Shown here: positions 10,854 through 21,966 of the stretch, piece after piece | How positions within the stretch are numbered: the first letter of the stretch is position 1 | Layout: every line of letters begins with the position of its first letter | DNA from: Dehalococcoidia bacterium | Lineage (GTDB): Bacteria; Chloroflexota; Dehalococcoidia; Lucifugimonadales; GCA-2712585 | Length of the DNA: 64,000 bases | Direction: 5' to 3' | Assembly: GCA_965208725.1 (NCBI GenBank) | Contig: CBDBPI010000001.1 | Location: forward strand, 732,687-796,686 | The notes under the pieces: generated by a model | Told to the model about the DNA's origin: nothing | The model's input: the letters and a program-made list of their open reading frames with translations, nothing else | Databases searched by the model: none | Made by a program: the position numbers and the translations under genes

Positions 10854-11882
10854 GTGCCCGAATCCAACCAAGAGGCGATGATGGTTTACGAAGATTTGAA
10901 AATCCTGGCCAAATCCTACCGACCAGCGGAACGAGAAGAGTTTCAAGATCTGGCGGCGAGGTATAACCGTCGCCAAGAGCGGGAAGTTCTGGAGTTAGCA
11001 GCCCTAGCATCAGACATTTCAGTCGACGATGTAGCCAATCTTGGCTTGGAGCCGGAGGCCAATCCACAGTTTCTGGAAGCCTTCCAGCGACAGTATCCCA
11101 ACGTAAGCCTAGATTCTCTAAGGGGAGCAACCGAAGAGCGGCTAGAGGGGTTGGCAAGAGGCGTAAAGGGCAAATACTTTGAGGTGCTTGTCCGAAACAA
11201 GCTGAAAGCTGGGGAAAGCGTGGGTGGCATACAGTTGGAGTCGGGTCAAACCGTTAAGCTTGCCTCGTCTCCAACCCAACCAGGATGGGATATAAGAATT
11301 GAGGACAATAACGGGGAGATCGTAAAACCTCTGCAACTTAAGGCCACAGAGTCTATGTCCTACGTCAAGAAGGCCTTGAACGAGCATCCTGATACCAAAG
11401 TCATCGTACCATCAGAGTTGGATGCTGAGGCAGCGTTAAGGGATGACGTAATTGCAACCGGAATATCAAACAAGGCATTGGAAGAGACTACAAGTCAACA
11501 GTTGGGCGAATTGAGCGAGGGGCCCATGAAAGACCTAGTCGATAACAGCGCAGAATTCGCTCTTGACGCAATCCCAATCTTCTCGGCAGCAGTAATCGCC
11601 GCAACAGAAGGTGGCATGGTCTTGATGGGCAGATCCACCTTGACAGACGCGATGCATCGCGGTAAGGGACGCGTTATGCGGGCTGGGATTTATTCAACGG
11701 TCGGAACTACATTGGCCCTCACTCCAATCGGACCTGTCGCAGTTCCAACCACCATGGCGCTACGGATTACTGAAGGAAGATTCAAAACCCTATCCACCGC
11801 TGGCGAACACGTAGCGCAGAAAACACAAGAAATCCAAATGGAGCTTGCGAGGCCGAAATCAAGCGAGGGAGAGGCAGCCTAA
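10854..11882 (+). CDS. hypothetical protein: Hjc/restriction-endonuclease-like core plus two C-terminal hydrophobic segments
   Basis: GVKGKYFEVLV...ASSPTQPGWDIRIED...PLQLKAT fits the G..G..E / D / (E/Q)xK spacing of the PD-(D/E)xK fold. Hydrophobic IFSAAVIAATEGGMVLMG and IYSTVGTTLALTPIGPVAV. Low GC. Confidence 0.55.
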   Translation: MPESNQEAMMVYEDLKILAKSYRPAEREEFQDLAARYNRRQEREVLELAALASDISVDDVANLGLEPEANPQFLEAFQRQYPNVSLDSLRGATEERLEGLARGVKGKYFEVLVRNKLKAGESVGGIQLESGQTVKLASSPTQPGWDIRIEDNNGEIVKPLQLKATESMSYVKKALNEHPDTKVIVPSELDAEAALRDDVIATGISNKALEETTSQQLGELSEGPMKDLVDNSAEFALDAIPIFSAAVIAATEGGMVLMGRSTLTDAMHRGKGRVMRAGIYSTVGTTLALTPIGPVAVPTTMALRITEGRFKTLSTAGEHVAQKTQEIQMELARPKSSEGEAA

Positions 11883-11890
11883 GCCTCCGC

Positions 11891-12715
11891 CTACTCCCCC
11901 TCGGCGTTGGCTTCCAGACTGGCCTGGAGGTTGCCGACCAGCTCCTCGTACTCCCGGCGGACTTGCTTGCTGGTGAGAACTGTAGGCTTGCTTCCGTCTC
12001 GGTAATCGGCTCGGAGGGCCATTGTGCCCAGGAAGGGCACGTCCAGGTCTTCGGCCAGGGCAATGCCCGCGCCCTCACCGAAAATCTCACCTGTGTAGTT
12101 CTCCACCACCCCCAGCACCTTTACGTTCAGCTTCCGCACCATGTTGATGGATCGCTTGGCGTCCAACTGAGCCAGGGACTGGGGCGTGGTCACCATCACG
12201 AACCCGTCGAGAGGGAGGGTCTGCATCACCGTCAGCGGGGAGTCCGAGGTGCCGGGGGGTAGGTCAACGACGAGGTAATCCAGGGATCCCCACTGGGTTA
12301 GCTGGAGAAACTGGTTGATGGCGTTGTGGACCATGGGTCCGCGCCAGATGATAGCTTCGTCTTCCTTCTGCTGGAAGAACCCCATCGACACGACTTTCAC
12401 GCCGAATCTCTCCGAAGGGACCAGTTTCCCGTTCACCTGGGAGGGCGGCTCGGTGATGCCAAGAACCTTGGTGACGTTGGGGCAATCGATGTCCACGTCG
12501 AGCAGGCCCACGGAGTTCCCCTGCTGGGCGAGGGTTACGGCCAGGTTCACGGCCACCGTGGTCTTGCCCACGCCGCCCTTGCCGCTGTAGACAGCCACCT
12601 TGGTATTGATCTGCGAGAGGTTCTGGGTAATGGCGCGACGCTGCTGCCAAGTCTTACGAATGGCCTCCAGCCGGGCCTTTTCCTGGGGCGTTGGGAGCCT
12701 CTGAGGCGTTGTCAC
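11891..12715 (-). CDS. mrp: Mrp/NBP35 (ApbC) family Fe-S cluster carrier ATPase
   Basis: VAVYSGKGGVGKTTVAVNLA deviant Walker A; DCPN. Start placed at a GTG just downstream of the DUF59 gene; the longer track ORF overlaps that gene. Confidence 0.85.
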   Translation of the reverse strand: MTTPQRLPTPQEKARLEAIRKTWQQRRAITQNLSQINTKVAVYSGKGGVGKTTVAVNLAVTLAQQGNSVGLLDVDIDCPNVTKVLGITEPPSQVNGKLVPSERFGVKVVSMGFFQQKEDEAIIWRGPMVHNAINQFLQLTQWGSLDYLVVDLPPGTSDSPLTVMQTLPLDGFVMVTTPQSLAQLDAKRSINMVRKLNVKVLGVVENYTGEIFGEGAGIALAEDLDVPFLGTMALRADYRDGSKPTVLTSKQVRREYEELVGNLQASLEANAEGE

Positions 12716-12753
12716 AGTGAGTCGCGCACCGGTCCTTCTCTGTTGTTGGAGGG

Positions 12754-13065
12754 CTAGTCGATGCCCAGTAGCTTCTTGCCGTCTTCGGAAATCAGGTCGG
12801 GATTCCAGGGAGGATCGAAGGTCATCTCCACCTCCACGTCTTCCACGCCCTCCAGTTCGGAGATGGCCCATTCCGCCTGCTGGGCAATCATGGGGCCCAT
12901 GCCGCAGCCGGGAGCGGTAAGGGTCATCAGCACGTGCACGTCTCCCTCGTCCACGTGGACGCCGTAGACCAGTCCAAGATCCACCACGTTCACCGGAATC
13001 TCAGGGTCATACACGTTCTTCATGATGTCGATAACTGCTTGTCGAGTAACCGTCTCTTCGGTCAT
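12754..13065 (-). CDS. DUF59 (SufT/PaaD-like) Fe-S assembly protein
   Basis: VYDPEIPVNVVDLGLVY...LTAPGCGMG motif. Adjacent to mrp. Confidence 0.85.
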   Translation of the reverse strand: MTEETVTRQAVIDIMKNVYDPEIPVNVVDLGLVYGVHVDEGDVHVLMTLTAPGCGMGPMIAQQAEWAISELEGVEDVEVEMTFDPPWNPDLISEDGKKLLGID

Positions 13066-13190
13066 CTCATACCTCCAGACGTTTTCTACGTCGCTACTGA
13101 AATGCTAGCACCCACAAGGCCATTGAGTCAAAAGGAAATTAGAGGCGGGGGACGAAATTCTCCGACTTCTCCCAGTGAGCCAGGTGGGAT

Positions 13191-15197
13191 TCAGGCATCC
13201 TTCTTGGCCATCGCAAGCAGGCGGCGGATTTCGTACACCTCGTCCCGGAACATGGCTGCCTTCTCGAACTCAAGGTTCTTGGCGGCCCGCTTCATCTGCG
13301 CCTCCAGGTCCTTCACCACCCGGAAAAGTTCGTCCTGCGACATGAGCTTCCGTTCCGCTTTGTAGGGCGCTTGCTCCTCCGCCACCGCCTTGACCCGTTC
13401 GGTGATGTCGCGCACCGCCTTCCGTATGCCCTGGGGTGCAATGCCGTGCTGCTGGTTATATTCGTCCTGAATCTGTCGGCGGCGGTTGGTCTCCGTGATG
13501 GCGAAGTGCATGGATTTGGTGACGTTGTCGGCGTACATGACGACCTGACCGTCCACGTGACGGGCAGCGCGTCCAACGGTCTGAATCAGCGACGATGACG
13601 AGCGCAGATACCCTTCCTTGTCGGCATCGAGGATGGCGACGAAACTTACCTCCGGCAGGTCCAGCCCTTCCCGCAGCAGGTTGATGCCCACGACCACGTC
13701 GTATACACCCAGGCGCAGGTCCCGGAGAATTTCGCTGCGCTCCAGGGTCTGAATCTCCGAGTGCAGATAGTGCACTCGAATGCCCATCTCTTGCAGGTAG
13801 TCAGCAAGCTCCTCAGCCATGCGCTTGGTGAGGGTGGTGACGAGGCAGCGTTCGCCCCGCTCTACGCGGGTCTGAATCTGCTCCATCAGGTCGTCTATCT
13901 GGCCGCGGGTGGGCTTGACGGTGATGACAGGATCCAGCAGGCCCGTGGGGCGGATTATCTGCTCGACCACCTTGTTGCTCACCTCCATCTCGTACGGGCC
14001 GGGGGTGGCCGAGACAAAAATCACCTGGTTTATGTGGTCCTCGAATTCACGGAAGTTGAGAGGACGGTTGTCCAGGGCCGAGGGAAGGCGAAATCCGAAG
14101 TCGACCAGGGTCGTCTTACGGGAGATGTCGCCGTGGTACATGCCGCGAAGCTGGGGAAGGGTCATGTGGGACTCATCGATGAACAGGAGGAAGTCCTTGG
14201 GGAAATAGTCCATCAGGGTCCAGGGGGTGCTGCCGGCAGCGCGACGACCGATGTGGCGGGAGTAGTTCTCGATGCCGGAGCAGTAGCCCACCTGGGTCAT
14301 CATCTCCACGTCATACCGTGTGCGGGACTCCAGCCGGGCGGCCTCCAGAATCTTGCCCTGGCCGCGCAGGTGGGACAGCCATTCCTCCAGCTCCGCGTGG
14401 ATGTCCTCGATGGCCAGCCGCATCTTCTCTTCGGAGGTGACGAAGTGCTTGGCGGGATAAATCTCCATCTCCTGCCGCTCGGCGAGGATTTCGCCGGTGA
14501 GGGGATCGATCTCGACGATGCGCTCGATTTCGTCGCCCCAGAACTGGACCCGCACGGCGACTTCCTCGTAGGCGGGCAGCATCTCCAGCGTATCCCCGCG
14601 GACACGGAACCGACCGCGCACGAGGCTGACGTCGTTTCGCTCGTACTGCATGGCTACGAGGTCGCGCACGAGGCTGGTGCGGGAACGGGTCTCCCCGACT
14701 CGGAGGGGCGCGACGAAGGAATAGTATTCGTCCGGGTCGCCCAGACCGTAGATGCACGACACGGAAGCGACTATCAGCACGTCGCGGCGGGTGAGAAGGG
14801 AGCGGGTGGCGGAGTGACGGAGCTTGTCTATCTCCTCGTTGATGTCGGCGTCCTTCTCAATATAAGTGTCAGTCTGGGGGACGTAGGCTTCAGGCTGATA
14901 ATAGTCGTAGTAGGAGACGAAGTATTCGACGGCGTTGTTGGGGAAAAACTCCTTGAACTCCGTGGCGAGCTGGGCGGCAAGGGTCTTGTTGTGGGCAATG
15001 ACCAGGGTGGGACGCTGGAGACGCTGAACGATGTTTGCCATGGTGAAGGTCTTGCCGCTGCCGGTGACGCCCATGAGGGTCTGGTAGCGGTGCCCGCCCC
15101 CGGCCCCTTCGACGAGGTCATCGACGGCCTTGGGCTGGTCGCCCGTGGGCCGGAAGTCGGAAGTTATCTGGAAGGTGCGCTCTGCGGTGCTGACCAT
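13191..15197 (-). CDS. uvrB: excinuclease ABC subunit B
   Basis: [12 protein letters not shown] Walker A, helicase motifs, C-terminal UVR domain ([11 protein letters not shown]). Confidence 0.95.
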   Translation of the reverse strand: MVSTAERTFQITSDFRPTGDQPKAVDDLVEGAGGGHRYQTLMGVTGSGKTFTMANIVQRLQRPTLVIAHNKTLAAQLATEFKEFFPNNAVEYFVSYYDYYQPEAYVPQTDTYIEKDADINEEIDKLRHSATRSLLTRRDVLIVASVSCIYGLGDPDEYYSFVAPLRVGETRSRTSLVRDLVAMQYERNDVSLVRGRFRVRGDTLEMLPAYEEVAVRVQFWGDEIERIVEIDPLTGEILAERQEMEIYPAKHFVTSEEKMRLAIEDIHAELEEWLSHLRGQGKILEAARLESRTRYDVEMMTQVGYCSGIENYSRHIGRRAAGSTPWTLMDYFPKDFLLFIDESHMTLPQLRGMYHGDISRKTTLVDFGFRLPSALDNRPLNFREFEDHINQVIFVSATPGPYEMEVSNKVVEQIIRPTGLLDPVITVKPTRGQIDDLMEQIQTRVERGERCLVTTLTKRMAEELADYLQEMGIRVHYLHSEIQTLERSEILRDLRLGVYDVVVGINLLREGLDLPEVSFVAILDADKEGYLRSSSSLIQTVGRAARHVDGQVVMYADNVTKSMHFAITETNRRRQIQDEYNQQHGIAPQGIRKAVRDITERVKAVAEEQAPYKAERKLMSQDELFRVVKDLEAQMKRAAKNLEFEKAAMFRDEVYEIRRLLAMAKKDA

Positions 15198-15244
15198 GGC
15201 TGGCTAATCATACCACGGGCGGGGAGGGAGCATTACTCCCAGCG

Positions 15245-17980
15245 CTAGAAGCACTCTCCGGTAATTGATGAGCGGCTTGAACCTGAGCAAAGGAGATCAT
15301 AGAAATCCGAAGGCAGCTTGACTTCAATCTCGCGGACAACGTCGCCGTCTATCTCAACATTAAATGCCTGGCCAGGATCTGTGGTTATACTGCCATCACC
15401 GTCGTACCATCCTACGAAGTAGTATTCAGAACCTACCAATATCTTTACTTCAATAGTATAGGTCCCGGTCGGCAATTCGGCGTCGAAAGAGCCGTCAGGT
15501 CGAGCGTCAATCCAGTTCCTCTCAATGCCCCTTATAGCAACCAGAGCCGCTCTTTCTAGACGCTCTAACACCCTACCTCCAGGGCCAGTGATGGCTCCTC
15601 GGAAATTACCATCAAAAAAGGTGGTGAGCGTAACGTCTATGCCTTCAACGTCTCCGTTTTCAACGACTATTTCAGCTGCCTTGTAAGGGTCACGGGTGAT
15701 GCCGCCACTGCCGTCGTACCACCCAACAAAGACGTACTCTCTGCCAAACAAGGGGTGTACTTCCAGCTTATATGATCCTGGGGGTACTTCAATGTCAAAC
15801 GCACCGTCCCATGTGGCAGCTGTCCAGAAATCTCCTCCCTCCCGCCTTATCTGCAACGCAACCTGCTTATATGGAAATCCTTCCCCGAATGAGATGTTCC
15901 CCCGGATGCTGTGGGGATCCACATCCTGCTTTGTTTCAAAGGTAATCTCGGCTATTTTCTGTCCTTCCGAGTACGCATGCACCCAGAAACGACCTACCTC
16001 TCTCCAAAATCCGACGGTGATGGGGTGGGTTCGTCGGGTACTGTCTGAAGGCAATGGCAGTATATCCAAGTTGGTCTCTGTGCGTTCTATGCCAAAGCCT
16101 TGGTCAAGATAGATCACAGTTTGAATTGGCAAGCTTTCAAGACCGCTGGAATGACCATAGGAGTAATCCAGATTCCAATAGACCACAGGATTACGATTTG
16201 GTCCCACAAACACCTCATTTATGGGAGATCCACCCCAAGAAAGACTCAAGAAGGCATCCTCGATTCTTCCGTCAATGACGGGGATCTCGGGGGCGGATGT
16301 AGTTCCCACAATTTGAGATATGTCGTAAGGTTCGGGGACATCGTACCAACGTGAGATTGCATCCTTTACGGCCGCAACCTTTCCTTCTTCGGCGTAGGCC
16401 TCAAAAGCCTCCTCAACTTGGCAGATCCCGGCCTCAGCGTCACACTTCTGATTTTGAACGTCAAAGGATGTATGCAAGAAAAGCCTACGAAAGGCTTGGC
16501 GGAATGTGGTCTCATCCATAGTACGGTGCAGGTCACGAAAGAGTCGCTCTCCAAAGGAGTAGGTGCACGCTAAGCATGACCCACCGACGCAGGCACTACC
16601 TACCTGTTCTTCAAACTCAGCGATGCTTCGAAAACAGGGACAAGGGAGAGAAATCAACGGGCCTTCCAGGGTATCTGCAGATACGGAAGCCATGAGGTGG
16701 GCAGATCCCTCGGATATCCAGGAGGTATGTCCCCTCCAATAGTAGTGTGCAGCTTCATGGGCGAGCAGTTCCAGAATTGCCTGTCTCCTGTTGACCTCTT
16801 CATGGGTCTTGATGGATACGTGGGTGAAGTAGTTTCGACCTCGTACATCAAGAACATTGTCGAACAAGTAGATTACGTGCTTTCGTGGCAAAGGGAAGCC
16901 CATGAATTCCTCAATGGTGCGAACCGAATGTTCCAGTAAGTCCATGGTGAGATCCGTCCCTGGACGGGTCCGGATGATTGTCAGCTCCGTCTCTCCCGCC
17001 AGAGGCAGCGTAATGGCACGTTCCTCCACGGAAACCTGCTTTGGATCCAATAGCGTGTCCAAAATATCGGAATCAACTCCATGTAGCGTGGCGATAATCT
17101 TCGCTTCCTGCTCGCTGATGCCGTCGCTGATGGTGGGGTGGGACATAATCTTGGAAAGTGCCTTCGTGTTGTTGACGGCGAGGTACCAAAGGGATTCCAA
17201 GGCTGGGAAATTTTTACCTTCAACGACCCACGGCTCCTCAAGCAGTCTTTCTCCATACCCCTCATTAGCCAAGCGAATCAGCCCTCTCACAGCATTAAAC
17301 TCATTCCTGTCAATGCCGTCTTCGACCCAGGACAGATCCTCAATCTCTTCCGCCATCTCCGGCTCGCTCCTGCGGAGCTCAGCGATAGCTCTATCAACTT
17401 CCCTTTCTCTTTCTCGACCATAGCGAGCCGCTACAGGCTCAATGTTCAGTTGGACTGGCGGCAGGACTGGCCTTGGCTCTGGCGTAGGCTCTGGTGTGGG
17501 TTCGGGTGTCGGCTCAGGCGTAGGTTCAGGAGTGGGCTCTGGGGTCGGCTCAGGTGTGGGTTCGGGTGTCGGCTCAGGCGTAGGTTCCGGCGTCGGCTCA
17601 GGCGTAGGTTCCGGCGTCGGCTCAGGTGTGGGTTCAGGCGTCAGTTCAGGAGTAGGTTCAGGAGTAGGCTCAGAAGTCGGCGCGGGTGTTGGGGCTGGGG
17701 AGGGAGTCGGCGTGGGCTCAGGGGTTGCTACGGCCGTCGGAGAGGGCGTGGGGTCTGGTGTGGAATCTGGAGTTGGAACGGCCGTGGGCTCGGGGATGGC
17801 AGTCGCAGGGGTGACTATGGGGGTCGCAACCACCGTCGGAGTGGGCGTGTCCATCGGCGTTGGCGCAGTCGTGGACGGACCGTCGCAGGCGAAAGTCAAA
17901 GCAACTGCGCCACACAACGCAACGACGCCAATTATCCATTGCAGTTTTCGACGTAGCCCGATCCTGGCCAACACACTCAT
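15245..17980 (-). CDS. secreted/lipoprotein MA-clan zinc metalloprotease on a Pro/Thr/Glu stalk, with two C-terminal beta-sandwich repeats
   Basis: Signal anchor ending LTFAC; about 140 aa of (PEPT)n; HEAAHYYW...WISEGSAHL gluzincin-like motif. Duplicated C-terminal module (GSYKLEV../GTYTIEV.., FVGWYDG.GGIT.DP). Confidence 0.7.
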   Translation of the reverse strand: MSVLARIGLRRKLQWIIGVVALCGAVALTFACDGPSTTAPTPMDTPTPTVVATPIVTPATAIPEPTAVPTPDSTPDPTPSPTAVATPEPTPTPSPAPTPAPTSEPTPEPTPELTPEPTPEPTPEPTPEPTPEPTPEPTPEPTPEPTPEPTPEPTPEPTPEPTPEPTPEPRPVLPPVQLNIEPVAARYGREREREVDRAIAELRRSEPEMAEEIEDLSWVEDGIDRNEFNAVRGLIRLANEGYGERLLEEPWVVEGKNFPALESLWYLAVNNTKALSKIMSHPTISDGISEQEAKIIATLHGVDSDILDTLLDPKQVSVEERAITLPLAGETELTIIRTRPGTDLTMDLLEHSVRTIEEFMGFPLPRKHVIYLFDNVLDVRGRNYFTHVSIKTHEEVNRRQAILELLAHEAAHYYWRGHTSWISEGSAHLMASVSADTLEGPLISLPCPCFRSIAEFEEQVGSACVGGSCLACTYSFGERLFRDLHRTMDETTFRQAFRRLFLHTSFDVQNQKCDAEAGICQVEEAFEAYAEEGKVAAVKDAISRWYDVPEPYDISQIVGTTSAPEIPVIDGRIEDAFLSLSWGGSPINEVFVGPNRNPVVYWNLDYSYGHSSGLESLPIQTVIYLDQGFGIERTETNLDILPLPSDSTRRTHPITVGFWREVGRFWVHAYSEGQKIAEITFETKQDVDPHSIRGNISFGEGFPYKQVALQIRREGGDFWTAATWDGAFDIEVPPGSYKLEVHPLFGREYVFVGWYDGSGGITRDPYKAAEIVVENGDVEGIDVTLTTFFDGNFRGAITGPGGRVLERLERAALVAIRGIERNWIDARPDGSFDAELPTGTYTIEVKILVGSEYYFVGWYDGDGSITTDPGQAFNVEIDGDVVREIEVKLPSDFYDLLCSGSSRSSITGECF
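17465..17700. repeat. in-frame tandem codon repeats (12/24-nt period) encoding (PEPT)n
   Basis: Reiterated ggctcaggcgtaggttc(c/a)gg(c/a)gt units. The antisense frame reads (GVGS)n. Confidence 0.85.
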
Positions 17981-18081
17981 CGCAAAAATACCTTTGTTCG
18001 CTGAAAAGATGTGCTATCTTGACAGCTTAGCTCTTGTGTGTCAACCCCTTGTGCGAATTTGGGTAAGCCGCGTCGGGTGAG

Positions 18082-21075
18082 CTATTCCAGGTCCAGGTTG
18101 CGCAGTATGGGGGAATCCCTCAGGATGAAGGGCGGAATCTCTATGTCTATGCCGTATTCACCCTTGGTGGCTTTGGACGCGTATGAGCTGCAGGAGTCTT
18201 CGCTGTCCGGATCGAATTGCCACGACATGAAGTAGGACAGAATCTCGTGAGTCTCGGCGTCAATGGTCAGGTTGGAGGTTAGGATCCCTCCATTGGACCA
18301 TCTCACGTTGACCAACGTCTTTTCCAGATAGACGTCCAGCCTCAAGACTCCCGGTTCCGGTTCAGACAGCCTGATCTTATCCGGGTCGGCCAGGACGATA
18401 ACGCTGTTGAACATGGTGAACGGGTTAGAAAAGCCGCGTCTCCATGCCGTGTCTCCAAAAATGTCGCTGGAATAGACCGTTTGCCAGGTCCCGTCTATGC
18501 TGCGCCAGTATTCCGTTGGACGACCCCCGGGACGCTCGCTGATGATGTACGCATTTACCGCACGGTCCTTGAACCGGATTACGTTCGCCGCGCCCGACCC
18601 CAGGGACGCAAATTGCAGTTCCGCGGAATCGAATTCGTGGCCGCAGCCAACCCATGACCCTCGAATCGTGAATCCCACAGTCTCAGCCTCTCGGAAGGCC
18701 AGGTATGCATTCTTCACCAGGTCCAGCGGCGTTTCTTCTACGTCAACGGGAGGCGGTGGGTCCTGAAGTTCGTCTTCCAGGACAATCAGCGCCGCAACCT
18801 CTTCCATGGTCATGCCGGATTTCAGCAATGGATTGGAATGAAGGCGAATGAGGGCCTCGTCCATGGGGTTCAGCTTCGCCATCATCAGGCCGGTGACGCT
18901 CATCTGGCTGAGAGGGTCCTCCCTATGTCCGATCGGGACCATCGCATGAAGGACCTCATGGTCTGTGACGCGTCTGATCAGTAGGGCCTGCAACTCGGAA
19001 TCGTCGAAGTAGTCCCTGGTGGGCCAAACGCCAATTGTGCCGCTGTCGGTTATGTTGGGTACGTCTCCCCACCACGACGCGCACCCCCACGAATGCTCGC
19101 AGTAGAAGTCCAACCCCTTTGCTTCTTCGATAGAAACCCCAGATAGGGCCCGGATGTCAGCCTCGTCCTCCGAGTCAACGTGCTGGAATTCCAGATTAAA
19201 CAGGGGCGCCAGCTCTTCCAGCGATTCCTTCAATATCGCAATGTAGTCCTCATCACCCGTTGACCACACCTTCACCGGCTTGCTCTGGTCCCACCTGATG
19301 ATGGTCTCCGAGAACCATCCGCCGCAGCCCTCATTATCGGCTCCACTCCCGGGCCGATCGCTGAAACATTCCCAAACTTCTCTCTCCACTCCCAAAATTC
19401 GCTCCGGGACCGTCACCTCAAAGCTGCCGGCCTCCTCAGCCCCGTATTCCGCCTCCAGAAGCGTGGCGCCCATGGGCATTCGCAGCATTAAGGGTTCCGC
19501 GACCGACGGGCCAAAGCCATCCTCCAGAGACACGGTTGCTTCACCGCCGCAGTGCTCCACAATCTGCTCCTCCCAGAGGCACACAATATCCACGGTCTGC
19601 TCGCCTTCAAAGGGCGCGTATCCTTCGTTGCGAAGGGAAAGGGTTACGTCCACGTTCGCCGTGCCGTCGCTCCAATATTCGTCCCTTGGGGAAGCTTCAA
19701 CCTCCAGGGCCAGCCTGGTTGCCGGATGTTCCGGAACCTCCAGGGTGAGTTCGGCCACGTTATTCTGTCCCCACCAAAAACCGTCTTCCAATTCGCCAGC
19801 ATAGACGACCGCCTCCGTAGTGCCCTGAGGTACGGTGACGGCAAGGGTGAAGTCCGCGCCCTCGCCAACGGGAATCAGCTCGGAAGTCACGGTCTGCGAG
19901 CACTCTTGGGACTCGATGTCCGCGCAGTCCAGCCCAACCGTCAGGCCCGTTCCGGGAGCCACGCCCTCATTGATCACCCGCAGGTCGATTTCGACCAACC
20001 CTTCTCCGGTCTCGGCATAGCCCAGGTGCCGGACGTCCTCTACCGACGTGGTCAACCGCACGTATTCCACGTCCACCGTTGCATGGACCAGATTGTCCTC
20101 GGGAATTGCCTCAATCGTTTGCGTGTGCGCAACCAACTCGACGTGATAGGAGCCGGTAGAGACACGAAGGGGAACGAGTAGTTCCGAACTTCCCCCGGCT
20201 TCAAGCAAGTCGATGACGGCTGCCCTTTCCTCTCCTCCGCTGACGCTTTCCACTTCCTCCTCAGCCCTGGACTCCCAATAGGAGGATAGAACGATGGACG
20301 AGGCTGCCAATTCCCCATTGTTGGAAGCGTTCACCTGCAAATGGGCCAGCCCATCCTCGACTACTTCGTGCCCAGTCACCTCCAGGGAAATCTCCGCCGT
20401 TCTTGCGTCGACTTCTATTTCGTACTGTGCATCCATGACGCTCACCACTGCGACGTGGCTGCCCGGTTCCAGCGATTGAGCGAATTGAAGGTTGGTCGTT
20501 TCCCCGCCCTCAAGCGGGTCGATGGTCCCCACCTCCAGCGGGCCTTCGCCGTCTATGGAGAACCTTACGGGAAGGGGTTCGGTTGCGTCGGCTTCCCCCG
20601 CATTGGTGACGATGACGAAAAACTCAGCCTTAACAAGTCCATCTTCCACTCCAACAACTGCAACGACGAAGTTCTCTATTCCATATTTGGCGGGTTCAGC
20701 CGTGGGCGCCGGTGTCGGTGTCGGTGTCGGACGAGGGGTCGGAGTGGGAGTGACAGTTGGAGTTGGAGTTGGCGTTGGACTGGGGGTGGGCGTGGCAGTT
20801 GGAGTTGGGGAAGGTGTGGGTGTCAACGTAGGTGTTGGCGTGGGCGTGGGAGGAGGAGTAGGACTGGGCGTGGGCGTTGGTGTCGGCGTCGGCGTGGGCA
20901 TAGCAGATGGAGTCGATGGGGGCGTGGGCGCTGGCGTCGCCGTCGGGGTTGGCAAGGGGATCGGCGTGTCAGTAGAAGTCGTTTGACCTCGGCAGGCGGC
21001 TATCAACACCAGGGCGAGGCAACACAGCAAGACAATCCCAACGACTCCAAAGCGGTACATACCCCGCAATCCCAT
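18082..21075 (-). CDS. secreted/lipoprotein putative zinc metalloprotease with PT stalk and CARDB-like repeats
   Basis: Lipobox-like LIAAC; about 110 aa PT-rich stalk. Several CARDB-like modules ([21 protein letters not shown]...). [12 protein letters not shown] zinc-binding-like motif. Confidence 0.65.
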   Translation of the reverse strand: MGLRGMYRFGVVGIVLLCCLALVLIAACRGQTTSTDTPIPLPTPTATPAPTPPSTPSAMPTPTPTPTPTPSPTPPPTPTPTPTLTPTPSPTPTATPTPSPTPTPTPTVTPTPTPRPTPTPTPAPTAEPAKYGIENFVVAVVGVEDGLVKAEFFVIVTNAGEADATEPLPVRFSIDGEGPLEVGTIDPLEGGETTNLQFAQSLEPGSHVAVVSVMDAQYEIEVDARTAEISLEVTGHEVVEDGLAHLQVNASNNGELAASSIVLSSYWESRAEEEVESVSGGEERAAVIDLLEAGGSSELLVPLRVSTGSYHVELVAHTQTIEAIPEDNLVHATVDVEYVRLTTSVEDVRHLGYAETGEGLVEIDLRVINEGVAPGTGLTVGLDCADIESQECSQTVTSELIPVGEGADFTLAVTVPQGTTEAVVYAGELEDGFWWGQNNVAELTLEVPEHPATRLALEVEASPRDEYWSDGTANVDVTLSLRNEGYAPFEGEQTVDIVCLWEEQIVEHCGGEATVSLEDGFGPSVAEPLMLRMPMGATLLEAEYGAEEAGSFEVTVPERILGVEREVWECFSDRPGSGADNEGCGGWFSETIIRWDQSKPVKVWSTGDEDYIAILKESLEELAPLFNLEFQHVDSEDEADIRALSGVSIEEAKGLDFYCEHSWGCASWWGDVPNITDSGTIGVWPTRDYFDDSELQALLIRRVTDHEVLHAMVPIGHREDPLSQMSVTGLMMAKLNPMDEALIRLHSNPLLKSGMTMEEVAALIVLEDELQDPPPPVDVEETPLDLVKNAYLAFREAETVGFTIRGSWVGCGHEFDSAELQFASLGSGAANVIRFKDRAVNAYIISERPGGRPTEYWRSIDGTWQTVYSSDIFGDTAWRRGFSNPFTMFNSVIVLADPDKIRLSEPEPGVLRLDVYLEKTLVNVRWSNGGILTSNLTIDAETHEILSYFMSWQFDPDSEDSCSSYASKATKGEYGIDIEIPPFILRDSPILRNLDLE
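20690..20990. repeat. low-complexity codon repeats encoding the PT-rich stalk
   Basis: (PTPT/PSPT)n on the minus strand; the antisense frame reads (GVGV)n. Confidence 0.8.
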
Positions 21076-21345
21076 CCTAATCGCCCATCCCGGTCAAAGC
21101 ATGGATGGACATGAGAAATGGACTATCAAGACGCGCGGCTGCCGATTTCGGGATGCTCCGGTCTGCGCTGCTGGCCATAGCAGCCGGATAATACCACGGG
21201 CCTGGGACGGAATGGGTACAAATTGATGGAAGCGACGTTCTAATGCGCCCCATAATGTAGTATGCTATCGCTTTCTATAGTACCTATGGTTTGGTGTATA
21301 ATCTCTTCTGAACCCACATACAACGATTAACCGGGTGCAGCAACC

Positions 21346-21645
21346 ATGAAGAATCTAACAAAACACGAAATAGCAACCGTAGACGAGTTGGCTGGCCACA
21401 TCGACAAGCTCCCAACTTCGGAGGAAATCGAGGAAATAGTCTCCTCGCTCGACGTTTCTACCCTTCGTGAAATGTCATCCGCTATGTTGACAGCAAGCGT
21501 CAATTACGTGACAGAAAGAGAAGACAAGCTTAAATACCTTGAGCTATTTAATGGCTGGATAGCGACTGCCGAAGAGACTATCGCCGCAGGAAGGGACGTG
21601 GGAAAAATTCTGGGCAGGCGCAAGGGGAAATCTCATAGGGCGTAG
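21346..21645 (+). CDS. putative antitoxin partner (family not recognised)
   Basis: 99 aa acidic protein, 6 nt upstream of a RelE/ParE-like ORF. Low-GC islet. Confidence 0.5.
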   Translation: MKNLTKHEIATVDELAGHIDKLPTSEEIEEIVSSLDVSTLREMSSAMLTASVNYVTEREDKLKYLELFNGWIATAEETIAAGRDVGKILGRRKGKSHRA

Positions 21646-21651
21646 CGATTC

Positions 21652-21957
21652 GTGGTTCCCGGCCAAAACCGAAATTACCGGATGACGCTCCATCGCTCGG
21701 TTTCAAGGTTCTTGAGGAGACATCGCGAACTCAACCGCAGGTGGCATGAGATAGAAGCCCAAGTTGTGAACGATCCCTTTCGGGGTCCGCGGATAGATCA
21801 TCTGAAGGGGGTCTGGTTCTGCAATTACCGCTGGCGTGAGGGAGCCTACCGTTTCAAGTACGAGGTCCTGGACGACGGAGAGATTCACTTCTATGACGCA
21901 AATACCAGGGGTGACGCCTACAAGCGCGGACGTGGAACAGGGAAAAGACGTCGATGA
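21652..21957 (+). CDS. RelE/ParE-superfamily toxin-like protein
   Basis: ...DPFRGPRIDHLKGVWFCNYRWREGAYRFKYEVLDDGEIHFYDANTRGDAYKR matches the RelE/ParE C-terminal pattern (LkG...yR.R.G.YR..Y.v......i......R...Y). Confidence 0.6.
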   Translation: MVPGQNRNYRMTLHRSVSRFLRRHRELNRRWHEIEAQVVNDPFRGPRIDHLKGVWFCNYRWREGAYRFKYEVLDDGEIHFYDANTRGDAYKRGRGTGKRRR

Positions 21958-21966
21958 AGATTCCGC

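Noticed and set aside
17442-18080. (GVGS)n ORFs (also 20492-20986, 41309-41995, 43514-43978, 43489-43908, 17138-17956)
   Set aside because: They are antisense or out-of-frame readings of the PT/PE stalk repeats inside long, well-supported minus-strand genes.
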